From an uncultured virus (IMG/VR IMGVR_UViG_2860841867_000002) (taxonomy: Duplodnaviria > Heunggongvirae > Uroviricota > Caudoviricetes): a stretch of DNA of 64,000 bases. Shown piece after piece: positions 8,370 to 19,015 of this stretch. A program made the position numbers and the translations under genes. The stretch is from the IMG/VR virus record IMGVR_UViG_2860841867_000002, positions 1 through 64,000 of that record. One strand, 5' to 3'. Position 1 is the first letter of the stretch; the number at the start of each line of letters is the position of its first letter. The notes beneath the pieces are model-generated. The model searched no databases. It saw only the letters and a program-made list of their open reading frames with translations, and was not told where the DNA came from.

Positions 8370-10418
8370 TTAGTATGTTGGAGTTTCAGGTAGCTCCGCA
8401 TCGTACCCGTAATTCCCGTCAGATCTTTGTGTAACTGTTGGCGCTTTACGCATCATCGGCCTAAGATCAACTTGCTTTACCGAGCCGGTGCTGAGGACTT
8501 GGTAATATCTTTGACACTCGGCTATTTCTTCAGTTAGAGGACGTGCGACATATGGCGTAGCAAATCTTCCTTTTTCTAATTTGACGAGATAAAATTCTAC
8601 CCATTCACCAGGAGCCAAACTATCGTATGATGAGCTGCCTGCTGTTTCAACATCAACTTGGACCTCTACGTAATCTTCTTCCAAAAATTTATATGAGGAC
8701 ATATCGGGCATCTTTATATTCAACACAAAGAATGTGAATCGACTTGTCACTTGGCAAGATCTAACCGCAAGATTATCGTGTTTTCCATCGTGCGCTAAAT
8801 CGAGATGGAGTTTGATTCTATGTGAGGATTTATTGGTTCTTGCCCATAAAGCCAAGGTGTACTCCTCACCGCTTCTAAATTGAGTCGGATTTTCTATTCG
8901 CTGTATTAAATCAGTTCTCGAGAGATCCGGAACATTTTTCAATTTCGTTATTCTTAAACCATACTTATTAGAAAAAGGAGCACTCATCGGCTTTTTCACT
9001 CTTTCAGTCCGATTGATCCCGCTCTCATTGGTACCAACAGCATTAACGAGCCACCTGTCAGCAGTGAATACACCATCATCAGTAAAACTAGTTCCACGCT
9101 GCCATACGTCGAAGGCTCCGTTAGTTACGAAGTTCCTGTTCGGCATATGCAATGCGACTTTATCGTACGTTATATCTGTGATATTCGGCCGCGGTCGCGG
9201 AGCAGTCTCGATTAGCTTTCCGTCTTGCGCTCCAGCTAACGTCACAAATACCAGTTCCCTACCGCTTCTTTCAACCGCTATTTGCATCAGAGCCGGAATA
9301 ACGTATCCATCATAATTAAACATGCAAACACCCTCATTTTCGAAGGCGTAATTGACTCTGTCAAAATCGTAGTTCTGCTCAATTAAGTCAGCGAATGACT
9401 CTTTCGAGAATGAATACGACTTAGCAATGCTTCCGTCTAGATTAAGGACGGTAATCGCAGGGTAATCTTTTCCTTGTCCTAAGACAATTTTATTATCATG
9501 GAAAGTAATCCCTTGTACCTTTTCAAACATAATCTCTTGGTTGTTTACTGAGACCTCCATTAGCAATCTAGGACTTCCTGCGATAATACTTTGAAAATCA
9601 TAAATGTATATCCGGTCCATTCTCTCATTCGTTGAGTTTCCGGAAACGAAGTATTTTTTATCGATATCATTTCCCGTCTTATATGATCCGAGAACTTCCA
9701 TCGTTTCTTCTATTTCCCCAGTGGTATAGTTAAAGATAGAAAGCTCATTTTCAAACTGCTGCCTCACAAGAAAGCACAATTCCCCTTCTGAGTTCTTAAA
9801 CCAAGGAATACCCTCGTTATACGTTGAACTTGTGATCGTAAATTGTTGGGAATCCTTCAGAGCTGATGTAGATAGTTCATAGCGCGAAATGATACAAACA
9901 CTACCACCGTTTTCTTGCCTTGCAATATACAACTCATCGTCTTCTTGATTTATAGAAATGGCTTGTGGGAATGGCAGAGAGTTATCCCTGGCCAAAACAG
10001 AGAATATAATTTTTTGATAATTAAGGTACTCCTCGAACTTTCGATCTCTTTTTACTTGCTCCCCATAAAGGTTATCAATTCTACTTTCTGTATTGAATAA
10101 TCGATCGTTGGCTGTATCGAAAACTTCCCCTTTATTATTCACTCGGAGGTCTACAACCTCTTTTATATTTGTTCCGTCCGCGTTTAAAATTAGGTTATTG
10201 ATCCGTTTTTTCGTTTTCTCAATCTCATCTGAGACTGTTAACCCGTCAAGGTGGCTTATTTGATCGGACGTATGGGATGCCTGACCTTTAATATGAGATT
10301 TTAATCCATTGTATGATCCACTAATGTCTTCCGCAATATCCACTAGATTGTCATTGTAGCTGTTTCTAAAATCACGATCGAAAGCATTGCCTGCTTTTTT
10401 ATAAGGGTAATTCGGCAT
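8370..10418 (-). CDS. Receptor-binding / baseplate protein with TagC-like beta-propeller and carbohydrate-binding-like domain
   Basis: EVVDLR N-terminal motif; PQAISI, VQGITF, ENEGV propeller-like blades; NFVTNGAFDVWQRGTSF...ADRW domain. Confidence 0.7.
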   Translation of the reverse strand: MPNYPYKKAGNAFDRDFRNSYNDNLVDIAEDISGSYNGLKSHIKGQASHTSDQISHLDGLTVSDEIEKTKKRINNLILNADGTNIKEVVDLRVNNKGEVFDTANDRLFNTESRIDNLYGEQVKRDRKFEEYLNYQKIIFSVLARDNSLPFPQAISINQEDDELYIARQENGGSVCIISRYELSTSALKDSQQFTITSSTYNEGIPWFKNSEGELCFLVRQQFENELSIFNYTTGEIEETMEVLGSYKTGNDIDKKYFVSGNSTNERMDRIYIYDFQSIIAGSPRLLMEVSVNNQEIMFEKVQGITFHDNKIVLGQGKDYPAITVLNLDGSIAKSYSFSKESFADLIEQNYDFDRVNYAFENEGVCMFNYDGYVIPALMQIAVERSGRELVFVTLAGAQDGKLIETAPRPRPNITDITYDKVALHMPNRNFVTNGAFDVWQRGTSFTDDGVFTADRWLVNAVGTNESGINRTERVKKPMSAPFSNKYGLRITKLKNVPDLSRTDLIQRIENPTQFRSGEEYTLALWARTNKSSHRIKLHLDLAHDGKHDNLAVRSCQVTSRFTFFVLNIKMPDMSSYKFLEEDYVEVQVDVETAGSSSYDSLAPGEWVEFYLVKLEKGRFATPYVARPLTEEIAECQRYYQVLSTGSVKQVDLRPMMRKAPTVTQRSDGNYGYDAELPETPTY

Positions 10419-10460
10419 CTGTCTCCTCCTTTGCTATTTTCACCCTGGTATGACTGCCTA

Positions 10461-11996
10461 TTATACAGCTTTAAATTGCGTATAAATACCGATGAATTGG
10501 TTCGACAACTCTGCACTAGAACTGTTTTCGATGCACACATCTCCACTAGGAGTGACTACGCCTCGGAAATACTGTGGAATCCCATCTGGAGACACTGACG
10601 AAACTCCGATAAACAAGTACGGGAAAGGAGGCCTATATCCAACTGGAAGAGTGAAAGCTGGTATAGCGTTACCAATTGTACCTGAGGATATGGCGCCTCG
10701 AAGGTAGACTGTACCAACGAAATCTTTTCCGTACTGAATCGGATAATTCCAACTTTGATCTGGGTACTGCACCCAGCCATTTTTAAGAATTGGAGTTGCC
10801 CATGTAATCGAATCTAGATTATCCAGGGAATTCGAAGCCGCATTCCATGTCGCTCTTTCTTCTGCGGTTATATGGACAACAGTATTACTTATGTGGGACT
10901 GAAGTTCCGCCTTGGTTGCGATTCCATTCATATTTATTGCAGAGTCTTTTATTTTTCCAGTTGAAGTATCAATAACTTTGTCGACCGCTTTTTTTGTTGT
11001 ATTAAAACTTGCGATTATGTCAGAAGCCTTTTTCGCTATCGACCCGAAAGTAAATGTAGGCGATTTGGATTCGTCAGAGTAATCCTCCCTACTCACCGCT
11101 CGTAGCTGAACGTTCAAATCAAAAGGCTCAATAACACACCATACATAATCACCTTTTTTAATATCAGACAGCCCCATGCTTTTAAGTTCAATTGCAGTAA
11201 ACGTGAGGGATATATCCATGCTATCGTTTAGCTGCTTTTTCATGGCCGCTAGAAGACTTTCTTTATCTGTGTATCGTTCGTCTTTAACCGGATCCGCATG
11301 TTTGATGCCGTAGAATTCCGCTAACGGGCTCTTATATTCAGCGAACAAATAATTGCCCTTTTCGTCCTTCTTCCCATATCCTCGAATATATGTCGAAAAA
11401 CTACTGGTATCGATCTCTTTTTGCGGATCTTTTACGTTGAACTTATATCGCAAGAATGAATCATCTCTTTGAATGCCGAATTTTTTAGCAACGTAGATTT
11501 TCTTGCCTCTATAGTCGAACTCCGCTCCGAACTTTTCGAGAATATCACGAAAAAGAGCAAGCGAATTGTTCCAACCGAAATTTTCTACCCTGACAGATAT
11601 CGGCAAGTCTGTCGTATCTATTTCGAAAGTGTACCCACTTCCCGCTAATGCAAAAGAGAGCATCGCATCCAATCGAAGCGTGCCCGTCTTTTCTTCGTAT
11701 ATATAGTTATTCATTAAGTCGTCGAAGATACGATGGATGGCCGTTACTTCAACTCCGACGCCTTTCCGGTACGTTCGTTCTCGGTGGGTTTTGATGATAT
11801 ATTCTTCGTTATCAAAAATAAGTGTATTTTCATTTTTGACAAGGTTATAGCCAGACTGATTATTCTTAGTCTTGACCCCCGTAACTTTTAACGACCGCGC
11901 ACCGTCACTACCGTCAGTTCGCGTTGTCACAAAGCCTGGCAACGGCTCCATTACACCTGTTGCATCTTTAACCGCTAATATTTTCAATTGATTCAC
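10461..11996 (-). CDS. Tail-associated protein (Tal, prophage endopeptidase-tail family)
   Basis: Follows Dit; STYIRGYGK, YGIKHADPVKDERY. Confidence 0.85.
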   Translation of the reverse strand: MNQLKILAVKDATGVMEPLPGFVTTRTDGSDGARSLKVTGVKTKNNQSGYNLVKNENTLIFDNEEYIIKTHRERTYRKGVGVEVTAIHRIFDDLMNNYIYEEKTGTLRLDAMLSFALAGSGYTFEIDTTDLPISVRVENFGWNNSLALFRDILEKFGAEFDYRGKKIYVAKKFGIQRDDSFLRYKFNVKDPQKEIDTSSFSTYIRGYGKKDEKGNYLFAEYKSPLAEFYGIKHADPVKDERYTDKESLLAAMKKQLNDSMDISLTFTAIELKSMGLSDIKKGDYVWCVIEPFDLNVQLRAVSREDYSDESKSPTFTFGSIAKKASDIIASFNTTKKAVDKVIDTSTGKIKDSAINMNGIATKAELQSHISNTVVHITAEERATWNAASNSLDNLDSITWATPILKNGWVQYPDQSWNYPIQYGKDFVGTVYLRGAISSGTIGNAIPAFTLPVGYRPPFPYLFIGVSSVSPDGIPQYFRGVVTPSGDVCIENSSSAELSNQFIGIYTQFKAV

Positions 11997-12818
11997 CTAC
12001 TTATAGAAAAAGAAGAAATCAAACGAGATTTCGAAACTTCCAGATGTACCAGAAAGTTCGATGTCATTCCACCCAGGTTTCAACGAAATGTATCCTCGAT
12101 TAGTATTTCCGTAAACGCTAATACCGTTTTTCAGATGGCGCAACCCCTCGAGTTTTATCTTGTCGGTTGATTTCGTTGTTCCGTTGTATGAAACAGTTTG
12201 ATCCGTTGTTATATTCTTGATCGCAAAATTTGTGGATGATCCGGAATATACGATATTCAGAGGCATCTCGTTACAAGGATCGACTGTTACGTTACCAGCG
12301 TTATAGATTCTGAATTTTTTAGTGCGATGGATATAGACAAGTTCATCCGCGGGTATAAGTCCCTGACCTATCTGCCAAATATTTTCACCGAATGTGAAAG
12401 GATCAAGTGTCGAACCGACTGAACTCGCAAACGGTAACGGAGACGTAAATTCAATTTCAAATGTACCGGTCCTTGGGTTTACGTCTTCTGGCTCGAAGGT
12501 GCTGCTCGGTTTTACCGTCCACACTTTTCCTGGCTGTCTCGAATCGATTAGTTCTATAGGTTCTTCGCACGCAAATAAAGCGTAAACCTCATCGATCACC
12601 AATTGGTAATCGAGATGGTCTACGCCCTGAATCTTAAACTTCGCTTTGAGCTTTCGCTCACCGAACGTTGTTCCGGTATCAATCGTGCCGTGACGACCGT
12701 CTACTTCCTCGTAGTTAGTCCGGTGTGTTAATGATTCTTTACGAAAGCTCAAAAGCTTTAAGCCGTACTTACGGTGATCGATAGTCTCACCGTTCTTTAT
12801 AATCGTCAGGTACGCCAA
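11997..12818 (-). CDS. Distal tail protein (Dit)
   Basis: Follows TMP; EVDGRHG, IYNAGN, LKPGWN, aromatic C-terminus. Confidence 0.88.
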   Translation of the reverse strand: MAYLTIIKNGETIDHRKYGLKLLSFRKESLTHRTNYEEVDGRHGTIDTGTTFGERKLKAKFKIQGVDHLDYQLVIDEVYALFACEEPIELIDSRQPGKVWTVKPSSTFEPEDVNPRTGTFEIEFTSPLPFASSVGSTLDPFTFGENIWQIGQGLIPADELVYIHRTKKFRIYNAGNVTVDPCNEMPLNIVYSGSSTNFAIKNITTDQTVSYNGTTKSTDKIKLEGLRHLKNGISVYGNTNRGYISLKPGWNDIELSGTSGSFEISFDFFFFYK

Positions 12819-15800
12819 TTATCGATCACCCCACAACAATTTATTGAATCCGATGTTCTGTGCTTGGCCTTTTTCTACACTGTCTGTAAGCGCCGTCGAG
12901 TCGACAATAACATTCGGATCCTTACGTAGAATACCTGTTAGCAACGTGTTGGTTTGGCGCAGTAATGCGTTTTGTCCCCGTAGCAAAGCAATTTCCTCCT
13001 CGTTACTTCCACCAGACGGATCCATACCGATTTCTCTTCCTGCCGCCGTCCATAATTGCTGCGCCCGCTGCCTATGGTTTTGCAACGGAATAATCGCTTC
13101 TGGACCTTCTTCCGCAATCCAGGCGAGCTGCTTTTGCGTCACAATATCGCCGATTTTATATCCTTTGTACGGACCGCCTTTCGCCATCGATCTGATGCCT
13201 GGAGTATTAAACGGGCTTCCATAGCGAGATTTGATATAACGGATAGCCGCAACCGCGTTGTGGACCGGATTCATGATGTCGCCCATGCCCGGAAGCTTAT
13301 ACGCATCAAACGTTGGTTTGATCGTTTGCATAAGACCCATTGACGGTGTACCACGTCTCCAGTTCGAGTCCCAACGGTTAATTGTAGACGGACCCGTACG
13401 GCCTCCGGACTCTTTCATCGCAATTGTAACGAGTGGGGCGAACCAAGAAGCTGGCGAATTCGTTTTAGCCATCGCCGCCCGAATCCATTGCTTAACGTTT
13501 CCGGACGCTTTATCGCCACTTCCGAAAGCTCCACCAAAGTCAGCGAGTTTCTTTTTCATAAAGCTGACGGCGGAATCTTTGACTTTACCGAAGGCACCTT
13601 TCGCAATTGTCCCGAAAGCTCCGGAAATATCCGGCAACTTCAGTCCGAGACTTTCTATCGTTTTAGCGATAAGTTTTGACGGATTGCTAACGTATTCCCA
13701 CGCATCAAAAGCGAAATCCTTAACACTGTTTACGGCAGCTTTACCCGCATCAACAGCGGATTTTCCAACATCGATGGCAGAATCGAAGAAACTTTTGTTC
13801 TTCGTACCTTTCCTGAATGCGGGGATTCCAGAAGATAGTACCTCGCGTGTTTCTTTATGCGGCAAGACTTGCGTCCCCTTTGGCAGATTAAAGAGCGTGT
13901 CGGTTCCAGGGCTTAAACCTGTGAAACCGGAAGGTGTACGGAATAACTCCGGACCGCCTCCATCTCCTAAGATAGCAAGACCGCCTTTGTGCCCACCTGC
14001 TGGCGTACCTTTAGCGAACCTCGGAATTTCGAGTTTAGGGATCCGGAGTTTTTTATCCACCCCGAATGTATCGAGTAGCTTGTTAATCCCTTTTTGCGTC
14101 AAGCCATTGATAATTCCTTCAAGTCCGCCGATCATCGTATTTCCTAGAGATTTAACTCCGGATAGGGCTCTGCCGGCCATATTTTTTATTCCGTCACCAA
14201 TTTCACCTGGTAGCGCCTTTGCTCCCTCGATCATGTTGTGGAACGTGTCGGTCGCAAATTTCCCGATTGATTTGAACAAACCTACTGTTCTGTCCTTCAA
14301 GAAATTCCAGGCGCTAACTGCCCCATTGACCAATCCAGAAAAGAGTGTGAGGACTACATTTACAGCTCCTCGGATTACTGCGGTGATTATGTTCCAAATA
14401 CTTTTCAGAATCCCAAGTATCGCATTCCAGACCGCACTCCAATTGCCTTTTAGTAGCGCAGTGAAAAACTTAACTACGTTGATCACGATATTGAGTGCGT
14501 TTTGGATTACACTAACAACTACAGGGAACACGACTTGCACAATTTTCAGCACGAATTGGATCGCTGGGATAAGAACAGTACGAATTATAGTTGCCACTAA
14601 CTGTAAAACCGTTACGGCTACCTGCATGGCAATCTGAATGATGCTTGTTACAACAGGGAAAACAGCCTGAACAACTTGCAGAATGAGTGGTAGCAAGGTT
14701 ACAGCCAACTGACTCAAGATTTGAGCAACTGATGTTAACAGATTAGCGACGATAGGCACTACAGACTGAATTATCGCCAGTACTGGCGGGAAAATTGATT
14801 GAAACGCCTGTAGCAAAATTGGTAACAAGGTAGTCGCAATAGTGGTTACTACTGGAACAAGGGACTGAATCAACTGTAGCACTATTGGAAGTACAGACGA
14901 TACGATTTGTAAAATCAGCGGAAGCAAAGATGTAAATGCTTGAGCTAACATTGGCAACAGTACCGATGCGACTTGCATAATAAGTTGTGCGAATTGGACT
15001 TGGAAAGATGCCCATGTCTGAATCAACTGTCCAACCAAAGTTACAACTTGCGGTAGAAACGCCGCGAAAGTCACGCCTAATTCCTGGATTACCGGCGCTA
15101 TCTGAACCGCAATTTCAGAGAATGATTGACCTAACGTTGTCCACAATTCCCCAAAAGCATTTCCGAGCTCAGTAAACGTTGGTCCTAACGAACTAATGCT
15201 GGACATTATGACTTCGCCCGTTTTCGCGAATTCAGGTGCAAGCTCTGCTGCAATATCCGAAAAATACCCGATAAATTGATTTATGATTGGCTGAATCGCA
15301 ACTACAACGTTACCGATCACCGACATAATCTGTGACCAGGCGTTCTGTACAGACGCTCTAAACTCTTCGTTTGTTTGATATAGTCGGAATAAAAAACCGG
15401 CTAGACTAACAAGAGAGGTGATGACAAAACCAATAGATCCGGAAACTCCGGCCATCCCCAACCCTAACGCAGTCACGGTTGGCGCTAAAATCGATATGAT
15501 TCCGCCCACGCTCGAAAACGCAGCCCTTAAATTCTGAATGAATAAATCTACTGCGGAGCCGGCTCTATCCGCTAGTCCGGAACCGAATCTATCTGCGATC
15601 GACGATCCGATGTTTGAAACGAATTCACCTATCGAATTAACCACGTTAGCAAATCGCTGTCGTACTGCCGGAACAATAACGGAGACGCCGTCAGCAAATC
15701 TCTCCCACCCGGCTACCGAAGCTTTTTGTATAAAATTAAATGTGTCGCCTACCACTGCCGAAATACTGCTGAATGCCGTAACCGTCACGTTTCTGACTGA

Positions 15801-18119
15801 TTCAAAAGCGCCGTTTACAAAATTACGGAATTTCTCAGACTTTTTGTACGCGATTACAAGAGCTGCTCCTACCGCGGTTATGCCAAGAACCGTAAGGCCG
15901 ATCGGACTCGTAAGTGCTCCGAATGCAACACCTATAACCTTTATAAACTTTTCACTTTTTATCAAACCTTTTAAAAGACCGCTTACAGTCCCGAGTCCAG
16001 ATATCATTTGGCCGACACCTAGCATTAAAAAACCTAACGCTGCAACAATTCCCATAATTACAGTTGTAACCGCTAAAGAAATAGCTACGAACGATTGCAT
16101 TCCTTTAGATAGACCATTAAACCAGTCCGTCGCGCTCTGAAGCACAGAAACGAGTGCAGAGATAGCTGGGGTTAGCGCATTACCAAATGAAATTTGTGCA
16201 GTTTCTACGGCACCGGAAAGCTCTTCGATTTTACCCTTAAGGTTATTCATTTTTTCAGCAGCAACATTATCGGCCTTAATTTTATCCATTGCAGCCGCCA
16301 TTTTATCGAAACCTTTACTTCCTTCCTTACCAAGAATCAACGCGCCTCGAATAGCGTCACTACCGAAAATATTGTAAAGGGCTTCTTGTTTATCTTTTGC
16401 GGACAAACCGTCAAGCGCCTTAGAAAGCTCTCCAGATATTTCTGTCATACTCCGAATATTTCCGTTAGCATCAAAAAATTTATTGTCCATGATTCCAAGA
16501 CTCCGAGCGGCTTTGTCAAAGGCCTTCTCGAACTTTTCGGTCCCTTGCTTCGCTCCTGTCGTCTTTTCAACATACTTGTTAAGTGCCTCGTATATATCGC
16601 CGATATTTTTACTCGCTGGTTTGAAGCCTTTATCAGCCATACGTTTAAAAGCTTCGGAAGTATCAAGGGTGACTAGACCAAGATCGTGCATTGTCTCGTA
16701 CTGAGCTTTTGTCATAGGTACTAAACGACTTAACATCGTTTTCATCGAAGTACCTGCATCTGATCCTTTAAGTCCATTCTGTGCGAAGAGGGCTAGTGTA
16801 GTAGCCGTGTCTTTAAAAGACAGTCCCATACCGGCTGCTACTGCGGATGTCATTTGAAGACCATACCGCATCTCTCCAACCGTTGTTGCAGAAGAGTTTG
16901 CGGCCCCTGCGAGAATATCTGCTGCCTGTGCAACGCTAATGTTATCGTCTTTAAACGCGTTCAGTGCAGTCGACGCAATTTCCGCCGCATCCGCAAGCTC
17001 TAATTCTCCCGCTGTCGCAAGCGATAGCGCGCCCTTAAGTGCGCCATTCAGTATGTCCTTCGTAGATACACCGGCCTTTACGAGTTCTTCCATACCTTGC
17101 GCAGCTTCAAGCGCACTGTATTTCGTATCAGCACCGAGTTTAATGGCTAATTCCGTAAGGGCAGCGCTGTATTGGTTGGCTTCTGCCGGATTCATGACCG
17201 CCTTCACGCTCGACATCTGCTGCTCGAAGTCCATCGCTTTTTTCGTTGAAACCGCAAGACCTCCGCCTAAAGCCGCTGTCGCTACGCCGAATGACATCGC
17301 GATTTCAGATCCCGCAGATTGCATTCGACCCCCAACGTCCCGCATCCGGTCCCCGACTTCACCCATCCGGTTGCCGAGCTCGTTCCAACGGCCCGTGTTC
17401 GATTGGATCTGTCGGTTCGTTGCGGCCAGTTCGGCTTGAGTTGTTCGAAGTTGTGCCGTCGCTTGATTCATTTGAACGCGTAATTCTTGAGTCGCCTGAG
17501 CATCTTCGCCTTTTGCGCGTTTAGCTTCGAGATACAGTCGGCGGATGTTTTTAAGACGCTGCTCTTGTAACGAGATCGATTGCGTAAGATGTTCCGATTT
17601 TTGTCGTAGTTGCTCGGTAGTAGAACCGAAATCCCTTATGCCGGCTGATGCAGCCTCAAATGACGAATCCAATACGCGTAACTTCGTATCGATCGTCTTA
17701 ATGCTTGCGCTAATTTTAGCGCCTAATTGACTGAAGCCGTTGCTCTGCTCTCGCATTTTACGGTTAAGAAGGTCTAATTGATCCTCAGTTTTCCGAACCG
17801 CTGCAACAGTTCGATTATACTGGGCGAGGAGCTTTTCAGATTGTGCCGAATACCTTCCCGTCGTCCTTACGCTCTCTTCATATTGCCGCTTCAACTCGTT
17901 AAGTTTCGCCTTTTGCGTTTGTAAAGTCCGATTTAATATGTCGGTCTTATTACGCAATGAATCCAGGCTGTTATCGAATCGGCCAGCTCCAGCCATTGCC
18001 GCTTTGAATTCCGAGTTTAGTACCTTTAATTTTCTGTTAACGTCCTGTAGGCCGCGAGAGAAGTCAATGTTGTCTAGACCTAAACTAACGCGTATAGATC
18101 CGACTGATTCAGTCGCCAA
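12819..18119 (-). CDS. Tape measure protein with C-terminal lytic transglycosylase (SLT) domain
   Basis: 1766 aa; TP901-type core (TKYSALEAAQGM); ESGG...GLMQ...AAIRYIKSRYG. Confidence 0.96.
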   Translation of the reverse strand: MATESVGSIRVSLGLDNIDFSRGLQDVNRKLKVLNSEFKAAMAGAGRFDNSLDSLRNKTDILNRTLQTQKAKLNELKRQYEESVRTTGRYSAQSEKLLAQYNRTVAAVRKTEDQLDLLNRKMREQSNGFSQLGAKISASIKTIDTKLRVLDSSFEAASAGIRDFGSTTEQLRQKSEHLTQSISLQEQRLKNIRRLYLEAKRAKGEDAQATQELRVQMNQATAQLRTTQAELAATNRQIQSNTGRWNELGNRMGEVGDRMRDVGGRMQSAGSEIAMSFGVATAALGGGLAVSTKKAMDFEQQMSSVKAVMNPAEANQYSAALTELAIKLGADTKYSALEAAQGMEELVKAGVSTKDILNGALKGALSLATAGELELADAAEIASTALNAFKDDNISVAQAADILAGAANSSATTVGEMRYGLQMTSAVAAGMGLSFKDTATTLALFAQNGLKGSDAGTSMKTMLSRLVPMTKAQYETMHDLGLVTLDTSEAFKRMADKGFKPASKNIGDIYEALNKYVEKTTGAKQGTEKFEKAFDKAARSLGIMDNKFFDANGNIRSMTEISGELSKALDGLSAKDKQEALYNIFGSDAIRGALILGKEGSKGFDKMAAAMDKIKADNVAAEKMNNLKGKIEELSGAVETAQISFGNALTPAISALVSVLQSATDWFNGLSKGMQSFVAISLAVTTVIMGIVAALGFLMLGVGQMISGLGTVSGLLKGLIKSEKFIKVIGVAFGALTSPIGLTVLGITAVGAALVIAYKKSEKFRNFVNGAFESVRNVTVTAFSSISAVVGDTFNFIQKASVAGWERFADGVSVIVPAVRQRFANVVNSIGEFVSNIGSSIADRFGSGLADRAGSAVDLFIQNLRAAFSSVGGIISILAPTVTALGLGMAGVSGSIGFVITSLVSLAGFLFRLYQTNEEFRASVQNAWSQIMSVIGNVVVAIQPIINQFIGYFSDIAAELAPEFAKTGEVIMSSISSLGPTFTELGNAFGELWTTLGQSFSEIAVQIAPVIQELGVTFAAFLPQVVTLVGQLIQTWASFQVQFAQLIMQVASVLLPMLAQAFTSLLPLILQIVSSVLPIVLQLIQSLVPVVTTIATTLLPILLQAFQSIFPPVLAIIQSVVPIVANLLTSVAQILSQLAVTLLPLILQVVQAVFPVVTSIIQIAMQVAVTVLQLVATIIRTVLIPAIQFVLKIVQVVFPVVVSVIQNALNIVINVVKFFTALLKGNWSAVWNAILGILKSIWNIITAVIRGAVNVVLTLFSGLVNGAVSAWNFLKDRTVGLFKSIGKFATDTFHNMIEGAKALPGEIGDGIKNMAGRALSGVKSLGNTMIGGLEGIINGLTQKGINKLLDTFGVDKKLRIPKLEIPRFAKGTPAGGHKGGLAILGDGGGPELFRTPSGFTGLSPGTDTLFNLPKGTQVLPHKETREVLSSGIPAFRKGTKNKSFFDSAIDVGKSAVDAGKAAVNSVKDFAFDAWEYVSNPSKLIAKTIESLGLKLPDISGAFGTIAKGAFGKVKDSAVSFMKKKLADFGGAFGSGDKASGNVKQWIRAAMAKTNSPASWFAPLVTIAMKESGGRTGPSTINRWDSNWRRGTPSMGLMQTIKPTFDAYKLPGMGDIMNPVHNAVAAIRYIKSRYGSPFNTPGIRSMAKGGPYKGYKIGDIVTQKQLAWIAEEGPEAIIPLQNHRQRAQQLWTAAGREIGMDPSGGSNEEEIALLRGQNALLRQTNTLLTGILRKDPNVIVDSTALTDSVEKGQAQNIGFNKLLWGDR

Positions 18120-18137
18120 ATCTCCGATACCTCCCTT

Positions 18138-18365
18138 CTAAAAACCCGGTATCTGATCGATATAGCCGAGTTTTTGTTGTGTTTTTCCGCTTCCGTGAGA
18201 GCTACCACCATCACTAAAATTCATTAGTTCGCAAAACCACCCGATGTCCATTTCGTCTAGGTAATAGATATCCGAGGGTTTTTCGGAGTTGTCGAGATAG
18301 AGCTTTTTGAGATCCCTATCAAGTTGATCTAAAACATCAAGGGGTAAAATATACCCCGGTGTTAG
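18138..18365 (-). CDS. Tail assembly chaperone C-terminal (gpT-like) frame reached by -1 frameshift
   Basis: 75-codon open frame LTPGYILPLD...LDEMDIGWF...YIDQIPGF directly after slippery A AAA AAC; absent from the ORF track. Confidence 0.85.
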   Translation of the reverse strand, partial: LTPGYILPLDVLDQLDRDLKKLYLDNSEKPSDIYYLDEMDIGWFCELMNFSDGGSSHGSGKTQQKLGYIDQIPGF

Positions 18366-18706
18366 TTTTTTACCTCACCGATTGCCTGCGCTTCAGTTTC
18401 TTTGTTCTCGCCAACTTGTTCATTTGGAACAGCTACAGTTCCAACGACTTGTTGGATTGTTTCCGTAATTGTAGGAATTAGTTTTTCAGAAGAAATCCCG
18501 TCATAAAATTGATCGATATCGAATTGTTCGTCATAAACTCGGACTACGTAACCTACCAATGCGTCCAAATCTTCAACATCCAAATCATCAAAGTTGCTCG
18601 ACTTCGAAAGTTTAATAGCTTCCCGCAACATACGCCCCTTTACGAAAGGTGCTTGAAATACCTTCTCTTCACCATCAATCATTAATGTGATTTGCATAAC
18701 CCACAC
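18362..18706 (-). CDS. Tail assembly chaperone (gpG-like)
   Basis: Between tail tube and TMP; YDEQFDIDQFYDGI; ends GTA AAA AAC TAA. Confidence 0.88.
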   Translation of the reverse strand: MWVMQITLMIDGEEKVFQAPFVKGRMLREAIKLSKSSNFDDLDVEDLDALVGYVVRVYDEQFDIDQFYDGISSEKLIPTITETIQQVVGTVAVPNEQVGENKETEAQAIGEVKN

Positions 18707-18730
18707 TCCTAATTTCTTTATTTTTTTAAT

Positions 18731-18757
18731 AAAAAGAGAGCTAAAAACTTAGCTCTC
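18731..18757 (-). terminator. Intrinsic terminator after the tail-tube FN3 extension
   Basis: GAGAGCTAA/TTAGCTCTC stem followed by a U-tract on the minus strand. Confidence 0.75.
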
Positions 18758-19015
18758 CGTTTCTATTTTCGTCTTCGTTTGTGTCACAATTTCGCTCATA
18801 GGAGACTCGCCGGACTCATTAGCAGCCGTTACGTTAATTGTGAGTTTAGTATCCGGACTCATGCCGGTTGTTACATACTTAGGTTGCGTCACGTTTTCAG
18901 CGAATTTCTTGTCTGCGCCTCTGTAAACGTTGTATGAAGTCGCCCCATCTACGGGATCCCATTCAACTGTAATAGAATCTGTCGTACTGTCGTACCGTAG
19001 ATTCTGGGGCGCATC
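18749..19015 (-). CDS. FN3 extension of the major tail protein (+1 frameshift product)
   Basis: PDAPQNL...ITVEWDPVDGATSYNVY...GES FN3 pattern in the +1 frame right after CCC TGA. Confidence 0.85.
   Translation of the reverse strand, partial: DAPQNLRYDSTTDSITVEWDPVDGATSYNVYRGADKKFAENVTQPKYVTTGMSPDTKLTINVTAANESGESPMSEIVTQTKTKIETES

Noticed and set aside
13258..14637. 459-aa plus-strand ORF
   Set aside because: Antisense shadow of the tape measure gene; no RBS or recognisable motifs
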